Notes: a model not told the origin generated them from the letters alone. A DNA stretch of 64,000 nt from Monocercomonoides exilis PA203 (GCA_001643675.2 LSRY02000031.1:434001-498000); one strand, 5' to 3'. Counted from the stretch's first letter, positions 51,153-64,000 are shown. Program-made: numbers and translations.

Positions 51153-52585
51153 TCAAACATTCACAAGATAATCAGAAATATTCTACGATAAGAAGTAATT
51201 ATAATTTCCTTTAAAAAAACTCTTTTCAGGAAAGCTTGTGATGATATCTTCGTATCCTTCTTCTTCCAATTTGTCAAATACCTTCCTTTTCAACTCTTTT
51301 CTTTCCTCTTCTTCCATTTCGCCTTCCTTCTTTTTCTTCAATCTTTTTGAAATATTCACAAAAAACTTCAAGATTTTGTCTGCAATTTCGTCATTCAGTG
51401 TTGGTCGCTGCATCTCCTCCAAAACAGCATCAACTTCTCCACCTTTCAACAAGTCTTTAACTTTCACAATTCGATTTTCTGCTGCATATCTCAAGGAATA
51501 AATGCACTGAAAGCGAATTCCTCTGTAATTATCCTTAGCTGCTCCATATATCTGAACAATTCTGCTGAAAAGACCAACGTATTCTTTATTCCACAATACG
51601 CGACAGACAAAATACCTATCCAATATTTGGATCCATCTCCTAATCATTACCACTTCATTCGCTTCTTCTTTGCTCATTTCCTTTTCTTTCTTCTTCCAAT
51701 TCACATTTTTCCAGCTCTTCGAGTTCTCTTGTTGCCTCTCTTCCGAAATGCAGCTCATTCGAAATTGTATCTTCCAAGCTGTTATCATTGAAGAATCTGT
51801 AAATAAAAAACTGCCAAGCAGATTGATAAGCTAGATGGGTCAGGTTGTGATGTTCCTGATGGTATTTTAAAATCTCTTTGATCTCAAAATAATATTGTTC
51901 TTGTCTCACTTTCTAACGAAAATAATAGAAAGAAGCAATGAATTTAATTGATTTGAAAAATAAAAATGAAAAAGAAATGCTCATACGCAATATCCTATAT
52001 TGCTCAAAGATAGCAACGCTATTTCCACTTCTTTTTGAATTTCCTCGCTTTCTTCTTTCTTCAATGCAACTTTAAGAACGCTAGGCACACTAATAGAAAG
52101 AAATTCCGAAGAAACCTCGCGGTTCAGAGAAATATAGCGTTCACAAAATCGACAAGAAGCTTTTCATCCTTTTCTTCTTTTTTCTCATTTTCATCAAAAA
52201 TCATTTTCAGAATTTTTTCGCTCAAAGAAGAACTGTCAAAATCATTAATATATATATTTTTTCAGAACATTCAAATATCCAACATGCTTCTACAACAAGA
52301 TTGCATTTTTCATTGTCATTTTCTTTTCATCAATCATTTTGTGCATTTTGTCAAACAACTCTTTCTTGAAAACGGATTTGGATTCTTTTTAATCCATCTC
52401 GTCCATTGGTCCGTCCATTTTTTTAATTTTTTGAATTTGTTTTGCTTTGTTGCAATGTTCCAGTTCCGAAAACAATTCTTCAAAAAATTAACAAGTATTC
52501 GTTTTCATCAAGAATTCAAATACAACAATACAACGAACTATCAAAAATTTCACTGACAGTCATCTCTCGCATTTTCACAGCCATT
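51153..52585 (-). pseudogene. Frameshifted paralogue of the lineage-specific family at 57999 and 62088
   Basis: Shares family motifs (EIKEILKYHQEHHNLTHLAYQSAW, NELHFGREATRELEEL, KLEEEGYEDII, ...VNV*) split across frames. Both introns are retained. The 5' end is approximate. Confidence 0.75.
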
Positions 52586-55534
52586 GTGCAACCAGCAAAA
52601 ATACTTATTTTGAGCATTCGAAAGATAAAAAAAACGCAAAAAAATAAATAAAAAGGTTATTCAAAACGAAATATCAATTATTAAAATTTGATGGCGAACT
52701 TCATCCTTTTTATGCGAGTATTATTGACAAGTAATTATGAAGAGAAGCAACGTTTAACTTTTATTGGATTGTTGTTATGGATTCAATGATCAAATTGATT
52801 GATTTGAACTGAAATGTCAATTGGCAAGATGATAGATAGGTGAGTAAACATTTACGGCAGAATAAGAAATATTATTTCTGGTGTTGGAGTGAATAAACGG
52901 GAACAACTTTTGCCAACAATGGAATTATGAACGATGATTTTTTTTTTCTTGAAGGCAAAGGAAATGCAACAACTTTATATAAAAATCAAATTATTTGTAT
53001 GCATGCGTTTTTTATTTTATTTTGATCGTGAAGATATTTGCTTCTTTCACTTTTTCAGTTCTTCGGAGTCCGAAAAATAAATAAATGGAAAATATATAAT
53101 TTTCTGATAAATAAAAGAGTTCACAGCATCCAAGTGGAAATTCTTCATGAAAAAGTGATTTCAGAGGAAATAGTATGCATTTCCCCCGAAACGTTACCTG
53201 CTAAGAACGTTTATCAATCGAATTGAACAGAAAACATATTTCCTAAATTTCTTCAGAAGGATCGGAAATCGAAGCATTTTTGAACTGAAAAATTTTTAGA
53301 AGGGGACAATCAGCTAATCAGCTGCTGAAACCCTTGAAAAAAAGGAAGGAATAATGAATTTTTGTTTGAGGAAAACAAACAATATCAATGAAATAACATA
53401 TCGAAATTGATCAAAAAGCAGACACTGAATGTTTACTATTATTTATTAATATTAATATTATTTTATTCAGGATGCTGAAAGAGTGAGGGTTTTGATAGTT
53501 TTGAAGAAGAAGTGAGAAAGGAATTGAAAAGATGATGAAATACGAGTTATTACGAAGATGTCTGACATTGGGCTTTGACGAGTGTTATTTCTGAGGAAAG
53601 ATTATTTAATATGAAAGAAGAGGAAGCGAAAGTGGAAGCGATGAAATGAAAAAGGGATTGATACGTGCTTTGTATTTTTTGTTGGAAAGAAAGAAAGAGA
53701 TTGAGCTGAAAGTGAAAAAGATTCAGAGGTTTCTCCTTAGCAGAAGAAAAAGGGATAGAAGAAGAGAATTTCAATGAATTTCTCCGTAGAAATAAACTAG
53801 CACTCATTTTCACAATTCTAGATTATTTATCATCTCATTCAATTCACTTCTTCTTCTTCCATTGCAACAATATCATGTCATTGGACTTCTTCATTCACAC
53901 TGTCCTCACAGAATCAGATTGAATTTCTTCTCATTCTTCCTCAAACATTGGAAAATGTTAGAGAAAAATGAAGAATGAAGAAAAATCTCAAATAATAATA
54001 AGAAAAAGAAGAAAAAAGTGTTGGCCAAAGAAGAGAAAGAGAAAGAGAAAGAGGAGAGAACGAAACAATGATAGAACTTTTGATGAGATTGAAGGAGAAC
54101 ACGGAGAAGAGAAGAGAAGAGAAGAAGAGAAGAAGAAAGAGTTTCTTTCTGAAGAAAAGAATCCTCAAAAGAGAAAACAGAAGATGGAAATTGAAATAAT
54201 GCAAAGCTGCGAACTTCCCATTGAAAAGGAAGATATTTAATGCCATCTGCAAATCCTTGCAAACATCAACGAAAATCCAGACAACAACAACTTTTGTGTT
54301 TATTTTTTATTGATCTTGTGCTGTTGGACTGGAAGTGGAGCTGATGAGGTTTGGTCAATTTTTTCTATCCTTCAGTATGTATGTTAATTAATATTCATTA
54401 TGTATTTTTTTAATAACTTTCATTTTCTAATTTTTACACATAATGTGAATTATATACCAGATGAATAAATAATTAATTGCCTCATATATTTTCAATGCGA
54501 TTCCTTTCACACACAGTGTTTTTGTTCCAGTTCAGCAACTGGCATTCTTCCATTTTTGTGTGCAGTTCTCAAATGAGATCGACGAAGATATCCAGCGTCT
54601 CCTTCTGCACATCGTTCTTCAACGTGTTTGCAAATAATGTGACCACTTCTTCTTCCAATCTGCGCAAACGAAGAAGCGCTTCTTGAACGTGATATAATCA
54701 CAGGGGCATTTTCACAGGCATACACATCATATTGTCTGAGGTGTGTGTATTTTTTATCTGCCAAGATTGCATTGACACAAATACACACAGTGCTCAATAA
54801 TAAAAACTGAGTGCGCTGCTGATTGTGGGAATAATTGACAGAGAAGCAATGGGGATGCATGTGGAAGCAGAGTGCGCTGAAGCAATTTTGCAGATACTGA
54901 AAAGCGGAAGATATCTGAGCATTATGTGAAAGGCAATGGAGATGCTAAGGATGCTTCTCGGGAAGTGCAGGAAGAAGAAGAAGGTGAAAGAAGAAATAGA
55001 GGAAGAAGAAGGGAAAAAGGAAGAAAAGGATGAACGAGAAGAATCGAAACAATTTGTAATTTTGTTCAGGACAAAAGACGAAGACAATGAACACCTTTCA
55101 GAAAATGTCTGAGCAGCAAATGAAGCCGAATTCTTACAGGACAAATATGAAAGTGTGAAGACACAATCTGCTTATCTGTTTAAGAAATACTCTCAAGAGA
55201 TAGAAGAAGAAGATGTGATTGCAGAAGAAGAGGAAAAAGGAGAAGAATGCAAAAAAGAAGCAGATAATGCTTATGGATATTGTAATTATGAAACAAAAAG
55301 TTCATTCAATGGAAAGTGGGAAGTTGCAGAGAAGCCAATGAGAACGCTGAGAGCGAGTGGGAAGCGGACAGATCCTCCTTTTTTGAGATTGAAACGTCAC
55401 CGTCCTCAATTTTCTCTCCAAATGAACCTATTAACCAGACTTTGGATGCAATTCACTCGACTCTTTTGGAGTGTTCGCCTGAAACAAATGAAAATTCAAG
55501 TTTTTCACTTTCTTCAGCAGCTGTTCCTCTTTAC

Positions 55535-55634
55535 CTTCCACTTCTTCCACTTCTTCCACTTCTTCCACTTCTTCCACTTCTTCCACTTCTTCCACTTCTT
55601 CCACTTCTTCCACTTCTTCCACTTCTTCCACTTC
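55535..55634 (+). repeat. 9-bp tandem repeat (CTTCCACTT)n, about 11 copies
   Basis: Directly visible; lies within degenerate coding-like sequence. Confidence 0.9.
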
Positions 55635-56760
55635 ACCTTCTCCCTTTTCTTCTTTTCCCTTTTCTTCTTCTTCTTCTTCTTCAACTGGAGCAGCACGTTG
55701 ACATGCTTCGCTATTCAGGAGGCGGAGAAGCGAAGAAAAGAAAGTGACAGGAGATGATAAGCCATCATCAGCTCCTGCAATTAACCCTTCGGATGCCTTA
55801 GCGGCGGCGGCATCATACACGTCTGCAGGAGCGATGGATGACATCGAGAGGCGGCTGGGGTGTATGGAAATCAAAAGATTTCGTAACTGAAGGAGCAACA
55901 GACGCTGCATGGATGTGTTGTAGCGCGGCGGGGGGCGCTGTATGGGGGTGTTGTACGTGTGGGTACTATGTGGCACATTCAGCGATGCTTTCTGTTCCTC
56001 TGATGGCACCGCTTCATTCTTTTGATGCGTCGGAGGGCAACAAGTGGTGAAGCATTCCTAAACTTGTTATTTACTCAATGCCATAGATCTTTTGAAATAA
56101 TCGATCAAATCACAACTGCTCTCAGTGATTTGTACTGAATGTGTACATGTTGCTCAAGTGACAAGACTGATAAAGTTACATGAAACTCCTTCTAAGGGAA
56201 ACACATGGACTGCAGAAGCAGCATGAACAGCGAAACACTATGAAATGGAAGATCAAGAATAATAAAAGACAGAAAAAGCGATTTTGACATATGTGTGCTT
56301 GTTGGCAATGACAAAGCAATTGAAACGAATCAGGTTTTGTGAATATGAAGAAGATGAGGAATGCTGATAACCTTAAAAGAGAAATCTACGTCAAAGGCGA
56401 TATGGCTGAAGCACAAGAAATCAATAACTGTAACCGGCAAATGACACAATACATTGGAAATTGAATGAAACAGTATTTTTGAAACGGTTCTGTAATTTCT
56501 AAGGCAAATAACGAAAAAGCTGAAAATGAAAAATCTTAGCTCGTGGTTGTCAATGGCTGGAGTCTGTCCTTTGCTTCAAATAATCCAAAGAGATCGAGAT
56601 TTATACTTCATAAGCAAATAAAGCATGCACAACATCCAAAGAAGAAGAAGAGGAAAAAGAAAAAGAAGAAGAAGGTGATGAAATATCAGGAAGAAGAGGA
56701 GGTGGAAGAAGATGTTGTTCTTCTAAGCAGGTGAGGAAGAGAGAGAAGGGAAGAGGAAAT

Positions 56761-56842
56761 GAAGAAGAAGAAGAAGAAGAAGAAGAAGAAGAAGAAGAAG
56801 AAGAAGAAGAAGAAGAAGAAGAAGAAGAAGAAGAAGAAGAAG
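56761..56842 (+). repeat. (GAA)n microsatellite, about 27 copies
   Basis: Directly visible. Confidence 0.9.
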
Positions 56843-57504
56843 AGTTGAGGCAGAAGAAGAACATTGTTATTCAAAACCATCAAAAGACTGTTATGTTGCT
56901 CAAACAATCGAGATGATGCAGAAAGTTTTCTGTCTTCTCTCTTTGAAAATACCATTAAGGGACAAAAAAAGCAGAAAACTAACCAATTTTTGTTTGTTTT
57001 GTTATCTTTTCGAAAACATATGTTGAAACCTAAGCCGTTGGCCTTCATTTTTCCAGTTTCAGCAACATTGTTATTCGTAACAATGTTCGATAAAAAAATA
57101 CCAAAAAAAACAAGTGCATTTTTACTGAAAATTGATAAAGCTGAATAACTCATATCAATGCTGCCAATATTCTGTTTCATTGTTTTTCATTGTTTTCTTG
57201 TGTTTTTTGAGCAATAAATATCCTGCATTCCATATAGTCATTCACTTTCCTTGACCAAAAATACTCAGATAATTTTCATTTCATAAAGTTTCAAAATACA
57301 ACGAAATTTTGATTTTTCCTTCTTTTTCATGGAAATCCATCTTTTATCTTCATTTTATAAAATACAATCGTAATTTGTTTTCATTTCTCGTTCCAAATAA
57401 AATTTTGTAAAGCATGAATTTTTCATATATCTTTTATTTCCCAATTGCAGAGCAATAATCAGCTTCATCCTCATAGCATTTCTCTCCAAAGCGGAGATTG
57501 GCCG

Positions 57505-58052
57505 TTTCAACAATTAATAAGATTCCTGCGCTTTGGAAAGGATATAGATGGAAATATCTTCGGAACAAACAGAACAAAAAAACGCACATGCAGATACCTC
57601 TATTTAACAATAAAATCGTCGGATTTCTTCAGTTAACCAAAAACAAAAATAATCATTCATTATTCCATTGTTGAGAATGCCTTTCTGGTTATTCACTCCA
57701 ATACAGGAAATTATATTGCTAATTCTGGAGTTAATGTTCACTCAACTATCTATCATTTTGTCAGTTGATATAATTGTTCAAATAAAAATTCGATCATCGA
57801 ATCCATAACAGCAAAGCAAGAAAAAATAAACGTTGCTTCTCTCCCTAATACTTGGTCAAAATGCAAATGCAGAAAACAGTGGTGTGAGCACATGTATTTT
57901 CACGCCTGTTTTATATATTTATTTGTTATTTATTACTGCTTTTCAAACATTTGTTTGTGCAATATTTATGTTAAAATTTCATTATTTTTGGGCTTGTAAT
58001 GGATTTTCAAAAATTGAAGGAGATGAGCATCACTAACAAGTTCACTCGTTTG
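57505..58052 (+). repeat. 548-bp direct repeat, copy 1 (upstream region + exon 1)
   Basis: Near-identical to 61594..62141; I see two substitutions. Confidence 0.9.
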
Positions 58053-59433
58053 CTTTTATTGTTTCACAGAATTCCAGATGATTAGATTTCCTTTTTTTGT
58101 TTCTTTTTTCTTTTAGAATTGTTTGACGAACTTGAACATTGCAATGAGAATGAACAAAAACAAAAAATCGGAGAAATGAATGAAGTGATGTTCTATATGA
58201 ATGAAGAAGGATTTGGAACCATTTACACAACAAGAATGTTCAATAAAATACACAAAATGATTGAAGAAGGGAAACTATCAACGGAAAATGCATTGCTGTT
58301 GCTGAAACACATTGGATATTGTAAAATTCTTTTTGGATGGTGGAGTTCTGACTTTAAGAATTCCTTGCTATGTGGAAGATTTGAGAAAATGATTGTTGAT
58401 GAAGATAAGAAAAATGAAGAAAAGAACGAAAAACTACTGGCAGATCTTTGCAAATGCGATCTAATGCTTGGCTTTGGCTTCTCGTCTGAATTGCTTTCAA
58501 TCTGTGTTCCTTGCCTTCTGAAAGTTGCATCGAACAAAGAAGAAAACAAGGAAGCACAAAAAGAAGTGGAAATGGCGTTGTTGGCTTTGTGTCGTGCTGT
58601 AGATTATTTTGTATGAACACTTTTATATCATTTTTGATGTTTTTAACTTTTTATCGATATTTTATAAGAAAATTGATAAAGAATTGTTTTTGGATGAAAT
58701 CAAAGAAATCATTGAACATCACCAGAAACATCGCAACCTGACACGACTTGCTTATCAATCAATTTGGGAATATTTTCTAAACGAATTCAATAGCAAAAGA
58801 CGCTTTGAAGAAGTGATAGTGAATGAGCTGCATTTTGCGAGAGAAGCAACGAGAGAGTTGGAACAGCTGATTCAACGTGTTGATTGGAAGAGAAAAGAAG
58901 AGGGAAAAGGAGGAAAAATTGAGAAAGAAGAGATCCTTTTGATGGGATGGCTCCAGGCATTGAACAGATATTTTTGTGATTGTAGATTGAGGAATGAAGA
59001 AATTATTGGGCTCATCGGGAGCATTGTGAAAGTGTTTCGAATAGCAAAAGGGAAAAACGTGAGTGTTAGCGACAAATCCATAAGATTATTTCAATCAGCA
59101 GCGAGAAACAGAGATGCAGCAATTGATGGGTTATTGAAAGGAGGAGCTGGAGATCTCATTTTCGAGGAAATTGTTCAATCAACGTTAAATGACAAGACGG
59201 CATATACATGCTCATCATTTTTTATTGAGATTTCATATCGATTGAAAAAAAATGAGGATGATGAAATGGAAGTAGCGAAAAGAAAAGAGCTGAAAAGGAA
59301 TTTGTTTGAAAAGATGGAAGAAGAAGGATACGAAGATACCATCACAAAATTTCATGAAATTCTTCCTTATTACAGACGGAGATATGGTTATCTGTTATCG
59401 GTGAATGTTACAGACTGTTTTGTGAATGTTTGA
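57999..59433 (+). CDS. Lineage-specific expanded-family protein, helical/ARM-like by inference; exons 57999..58047, 58117..58610, 58669..59433
   Basis: Two phase-consistent GT-AG introns join MDFQKLKEMSITNKFTQ to ORFs 58119 and 58609; colinear with the paralogue at 62088. Confidence 0.8.
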
Positions 59434-60425
59434 GGAAGCGAGATATTATTTATTCTGTAACTCAGATATTAATTTTAACTTTTTTCTCCATTTCACAAAT
59501 AAATAAAAAAATTTTGAATTATTTCTAAAAATTTTCCCCCTCTCTCATTCACTTTGTTTTAATGAAATACAAAAACAAAAAAATAAAAGATCAGATAATT
59601 GGACAAACTCTTTCTTTTTTCCATCGAGAGCCTTTTGAAAAGAAGAAAAAAGAAAAATCCATTGGGAATGAATAAAAATAGAATTAATCTTTGTAAACAT
59701 CTTTTCTTTTGTGCTGTTGTTCTTTGGCTTTCTTTGTACCTTTCCTCCTTCATCTGTTTTCCACCAACATCTTTTAAATCCAAGTGAGTTGATGGAAAAA
59801 TTAAAAAATGGAGAAAATGAAGGAATTCACAAAAAGAAAAAAGTCCGAAAACAAATCAAAAAGGATTCTTTTTGAATATATTTCAATAAATTTGTATGTT
59901 TTTTTTTTCGTGATTTCTTTCATATCGAATAAGATTTTTTGATTAAACAAGATGATGAGAAATATTCTAAGGATCAAAAGATATTTCTGAGAACAACAAA
60001 AATATCGAAGAAATCGAAGGGAAGGATGGCTTGAAGATTGTGAAAGAATGAAATTGTGAACGTGGAAAACAAAACAAAAGAAAAAGAGGAATTTTTGGAA
60101 AATGAGGAGGAGAAAGAGGAGGAGAAAGAGGAAGAGAAGAAGAAAAAGGGGAATAAAAGAACAAAAGAAAGAATTGTGCTTCATATAAATCCATAATTCG
60201 TCTGCTCTCCAAATTCTTTGAAACAAATCAACGAAAATCATCCATTCAAAACTGGTTGCTCAGAAGCCTCTTCATCAATGCAATTTTATTTGGAGTATGC
60301 ACATTCTATGAGTGTATTTTTTTTTAAAAACGAAACAAAGGGGTCGATGGCCGCAACTATCAAAGAATAGACCCCAACTTCTATGCGCTTCAAATATGGT
60401 CAGAGCCTACAGATGGAGAAATATT

Positions 60426-61435
60426 GGGTCAACTTTTTAATGGGACTTTTTCCTTTATTGGCACTTTTTTTATTTTCCACAACAAAAAGCTGAGAAGTGT
60501 AAAGTGGCTTTCAGCATTTGGATAACCGATTTTAACAAAGTTGATTCAATTTATTACTGGTTTGTTTTTTAATTTTTGTTTATTTTTTAACGAGATATTA
60601 CGTTTTTTTGATAAATTTGAATTGGTTTTTCCCACTCAACAAAGCATTTCCAGAAAATGAAAAATACTGTTTTTAAAAGCACTAACTTTTATCTATTTAT
60701 TTTTTTTATTCTTTTTTTTGACAAACAATTTTTTCGTGTTATTTTTGCATTTCATTTTTTTAACAACATGCAAACTTAAAACTGATGATTTCTTTGAAAA
60801 TATGATGAAATGATAAAAATAAAAATATGATATGAAAAACAAATACTCTAATCATGAAATGTTGCAAAAATAAAACATTTATTTATTCTATATGTCCAGA
60901 ACAGCCAAATGGCTCTAACGAAAAATGATCAATGATCAAGTTTTTGTCACAAAGTTTCGTTCTTGATATGAGGAAAAAGAAAATGTTTTATTTTTGCAAC
61001 ATTTCATGATTAGAGTATTTGTTTTTCATATCATATTTTTATTTTTATCATTTCATCATATTTTCAAAGAAATCATCAGTTTTAAGTTTGCATGTTGTTA
61101 AAAAAATGAAATGCAAAAATAACACGAAAAAATTGTTTGTCAAAAAAAAGAATAAAAAAAATAAATAGATAAAAGTTAGTGCTTTTAAAAACAGTATTTT
61201 TCATTTTCTGGAAATGCTTTGTTGAGTGGGAAAAACCAATTCAAATTTATCAAAAAAACGTAATATCTCGTTAAAAAATAAACAAAAATTAAAAAACAAA
61301 CCAGTAATAAATTGAATCAACTTTGTTAAAATCGGTTATCCAAATGCTGAAAGCCACTTTACACTTCTCAGCTTTTTGTTGTGGAAAATAAAAAAAGTGC
61401 CAATAAAGGAAAAAGTCCCATTAAAAAGTTGACCC
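60426..61435. mobile_element. Foldback element C: 455-bp inverted arms (60426..60880 and 60981..61435), 100-bp spacer, non-coding
   Basis: The arms are reverse complements (gggtcaactttttaatgggac... / ...gtcccattaaaaagttgaccc). Confidence 0.8.
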
Positions 61436-61593
61436 TGGTTCAGATGATTCCCACTTTTGAATAAGTTCGTTGGACGCCTTCCTTCTTTTCGCCATCCCTA
61501 TATAACCTTTCTCTTTTTCTTTTTTGAACTTCATAAAATTCAATTTTCATCGAAAATTACCTTGCCATAATGCTCCATAAAGAATATATTGCT

Positions 61594-62141
61594 TTTCAAC
61601 AATTAATAAGATTCCTGCGCTTTGGAAAGGATATAGATGGAAATATCTTCGGAACAAACAGAACAAAAAAACGCACATGCAGATACCTCTATTTAACAAT
61701 AAAATCGTCGGATTTCTTCAGTTAACCAAAAACAAAAATAATCATTCATTATTCCATTGTTGAGAATGCCTTTCTGGTTATTCACTCCAATACAGGAAAT
61801 TATATTGCTAATTCTGGAGTTAATGTTCACTCAACTATCTATCATTTTGTCAGTTGATATAATTGTTCAAATAAAAATTCGATCATCGAATCCATAACAG
61901 CAAAGCAAGAAAAAATAAACGTTGCTTCTCTCCCTAATACTTGGTCAAAATGCAAATGCAGAAAACAGTGGTGTGAGCACATGTATTTTCACGCCTGTTT
62001 TATATATTTATTTGTTATTTATTACTGCTTTTCAAACATTTGTTTGTGCAATATTTATGTTAAAATTTCATTATTTTTGGGATTGTAATGGATTTTCAAA
62101 AATTGAAGGAGATGAGCATCACTAACAATTTCACTCGTTTG
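61594..62141 (+). repeat. 548-bp direct repeat, copy 2
   Basis: Near-identical to 57505..58052. Confidence 0.9.
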
Positions 62142-63520
62142 TAGATGATGCACCATTTATATTCTTGTTTATTGCATTGTTATTTATTTTTTTATTGAAG
62201 AATTGTTTTCTGAACTGGAAGATTTCAGTGAGGATGAACAGAAACAGAAGATTGAAGAAATGAATGGACTAATGGATGAGATGGATAGAGAAGAATTTGA
62301 ATCAGTTTTTGAACAAGAGATATTTGACAAAATGGACAAAATGATAGAAGAAAAAAGAATAGATTTGGAGAATGCCTTGAAACTGTTGAAACACATGGGA
62401 TATTGCTCCGTTCTGAAGAATTCATGGAACCTGGATTTTATACGATCTTCATTGAGGTCTAGATTCGAGAAGATAATTATAAGTGAAAATAAGAAGATAG
62501 AAGAAAAGAATGAAAAGCTTCTTGTTGATCTTTGTGAGTGTTATCTTTTGCTAAACGATGCTTCATCTTCAGACTTGGTTTCAATTAGTGTTCCTTGCTT
62601 GCTGAAATTTGCATTGAATGAAAAGGAAAACGAGGAAGCTCAGAAAGAGGTGGAAATGGTTCTGTTGGCGCTGAGTTACATTAATTCCATCTATGTTTGT
62701 GCATTTTCTCTGAATATTTGGTGAGATTTTTTCCCTTGTTTTTGAACAGAAAATAAAAAAAGAAATGTATCTGAATGAAATCAAAGAAATCATCCAATAT
62801 CATCAGGAAAGTCGCAATCTGACGCAGCTTGCTTATCAATCTGCCTGGGGATGTTTGATGAACAGATTTGGAAACGAAAATTGCTTGGGGAAAGTTATTG
62901 TCAATGAGCTGCATTTTGAGAGAGAAGCAACGAGAGAGTTGGAACAACTGATGCATTGTGTGAATTGGAGGAGAAAGAAAGAAGAAAGAGGAAAAGAAGC
63001 AAAAGAATCAAAAGAAATTCGAATTTTGGTGAGATGGCTCCATATTATTAATTTCAACTTCTTCCCGTGCGCACGGTGGAATGAAGAATATTCTGGGCTT
63101 GTTAACAGCATTGTTCAAGTCTTTCGAGCAGCTAAGCATAATTACACAGGCATTTGTGGAATATGCACTTTTTCATTTATGTATGCAGCAAGTAACAGTT
63201 CTGTGAAAATTGAAGATTTGTTGAAAAGTGGAGCCGTCGATGCTGTTTTGGAGGAGATTCAGAGACCAACATTGAATGACCATGTGGTAAATGGAAACGC
63301 GCAATTCTTTATGAATGTTTCGATTCGATTGAAGAAAAAGGGTGATGTTGAAAAGGAAGAAGCGAAAAGAAAGGTATTTTCAAAGATCATTGAAAAGATG
63401 GAAGAAGAAGGATACGAAGATGTCATCACAAGCTTTTGTGAATTGCTTCATTTTCTTAAGAAAAGAAAATACTATTGCGGTTTATCATTTGACATTTCTG
63501 ATTATTTTGTGAATGCTTGA
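62088..63520 (+). CDS. Lineage-specific expanded-family protein, paralogue of 57999..59433; exons 62088..62136, 62201..62694, 62750..63520
   Basis: Same intron positions and phases, and the same motifs (VPCLLK.A...E..EAQKEVEM.LLAL, LAYQS.W, KMEEEGYED). Confidence 0.8.
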
Positions 63521-64000
63521 TAAAATGGGATGAAATGAATTTTGTTGCTCAATGGTATTTGTTTTTTCTTTTTTCATCATTTCACAAAATACTCAAAATA
63601 ATCAATTGTTTTGTAGTTTTTTGGTCAAAAGATCATTCGTTCACTTATTTCAAGTGATATGAAACAACAAAAATAAAGAACATTCAGCAAATTGTTCAAT
63701 GACTTCGATTCGCTTCCTTCATCAAATGTTTCGTCAAAAAAACACTCTTCAAATTCGGTGTTCGCTCGCTCGTTTGCTTTTTCGGAAGCTGCCTTCTCTG
63801 CCATTTCCGGTTGAAGCGCCATTGTTTTCTTTGCAAAGATGATTAAAATGAGAAGGAAGAGTGAGAGGAAGAAAGACATTTTCCCTTTGTGTGCAAACCG
63901 AATTATTCCGAAATAACTGAAATTAGCGGTATTTCATCGAATGAATAGAAGATAAGCACAGAAGTTGAATTTGAAGTGAAATGAAATGAAAAAGATTCAA

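Noticed and set aside
54400-57200. Several 100-200-aa ORFs and a GC-rich patch near 55.8-56.0 kb
   Set aside because: Driven by tandem repeats and interrupted by stops; at most an unassignable gene relic.
57833-58036. Duplicated 67-aa ORF (also at 61922..62125)
   Set aside because: Starts at TTG and overlaps the real exon 1 in another frame; it is duplicated only because it lies in the 548-bp repeat.

Overview
AT-rich eukaryotic genomic DNA with short GT-AG spliceosomal introns and the standard genetic code. The (TCT)n/(GAA)n-inflated proteins, giant receptor-like pseudokinase and expanded lineage-specific gene family suggest an oxymonad such as Monocercomonoides (inference). The left part (1-13 kb) is a compact housekeeping cluster: an acidic low-complexity protein, ribosomal protein uL30/RPL7, a 4-TM protein, FEN1, TMA7, ALYREF and V-ATPase c''. 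It is followed by a dead IS630/Tc1 element, a 5410-aa intronless UTP10/HEATR1 and a GH20 hexosaminidase. The right part holds a 2597-aa surface receptor pseudokinase, a pogo/Fot1 DD35D element and three paralogues of a lineage-specific family. Most notable: (1) manual splicing fuses a complete calponin-homology (CH) domain to the N-terminus of uL30, a candidate ribosome-cytoskeleton tether; (2) three mutually unrelated ~1-kb foldback elements with 336-455-bp arms and GGGTY...RACCC ends; (3) a V-ATPase c'' with a second carrier-position Glu; (4) a near-identical 548-bp promoter+exon-1 cassette on two divergent paralogues, ending at the splice donor; (5) none of 21 reconstructed splice donors has A at +4. 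All gene models were built by eye and no database searches were run.
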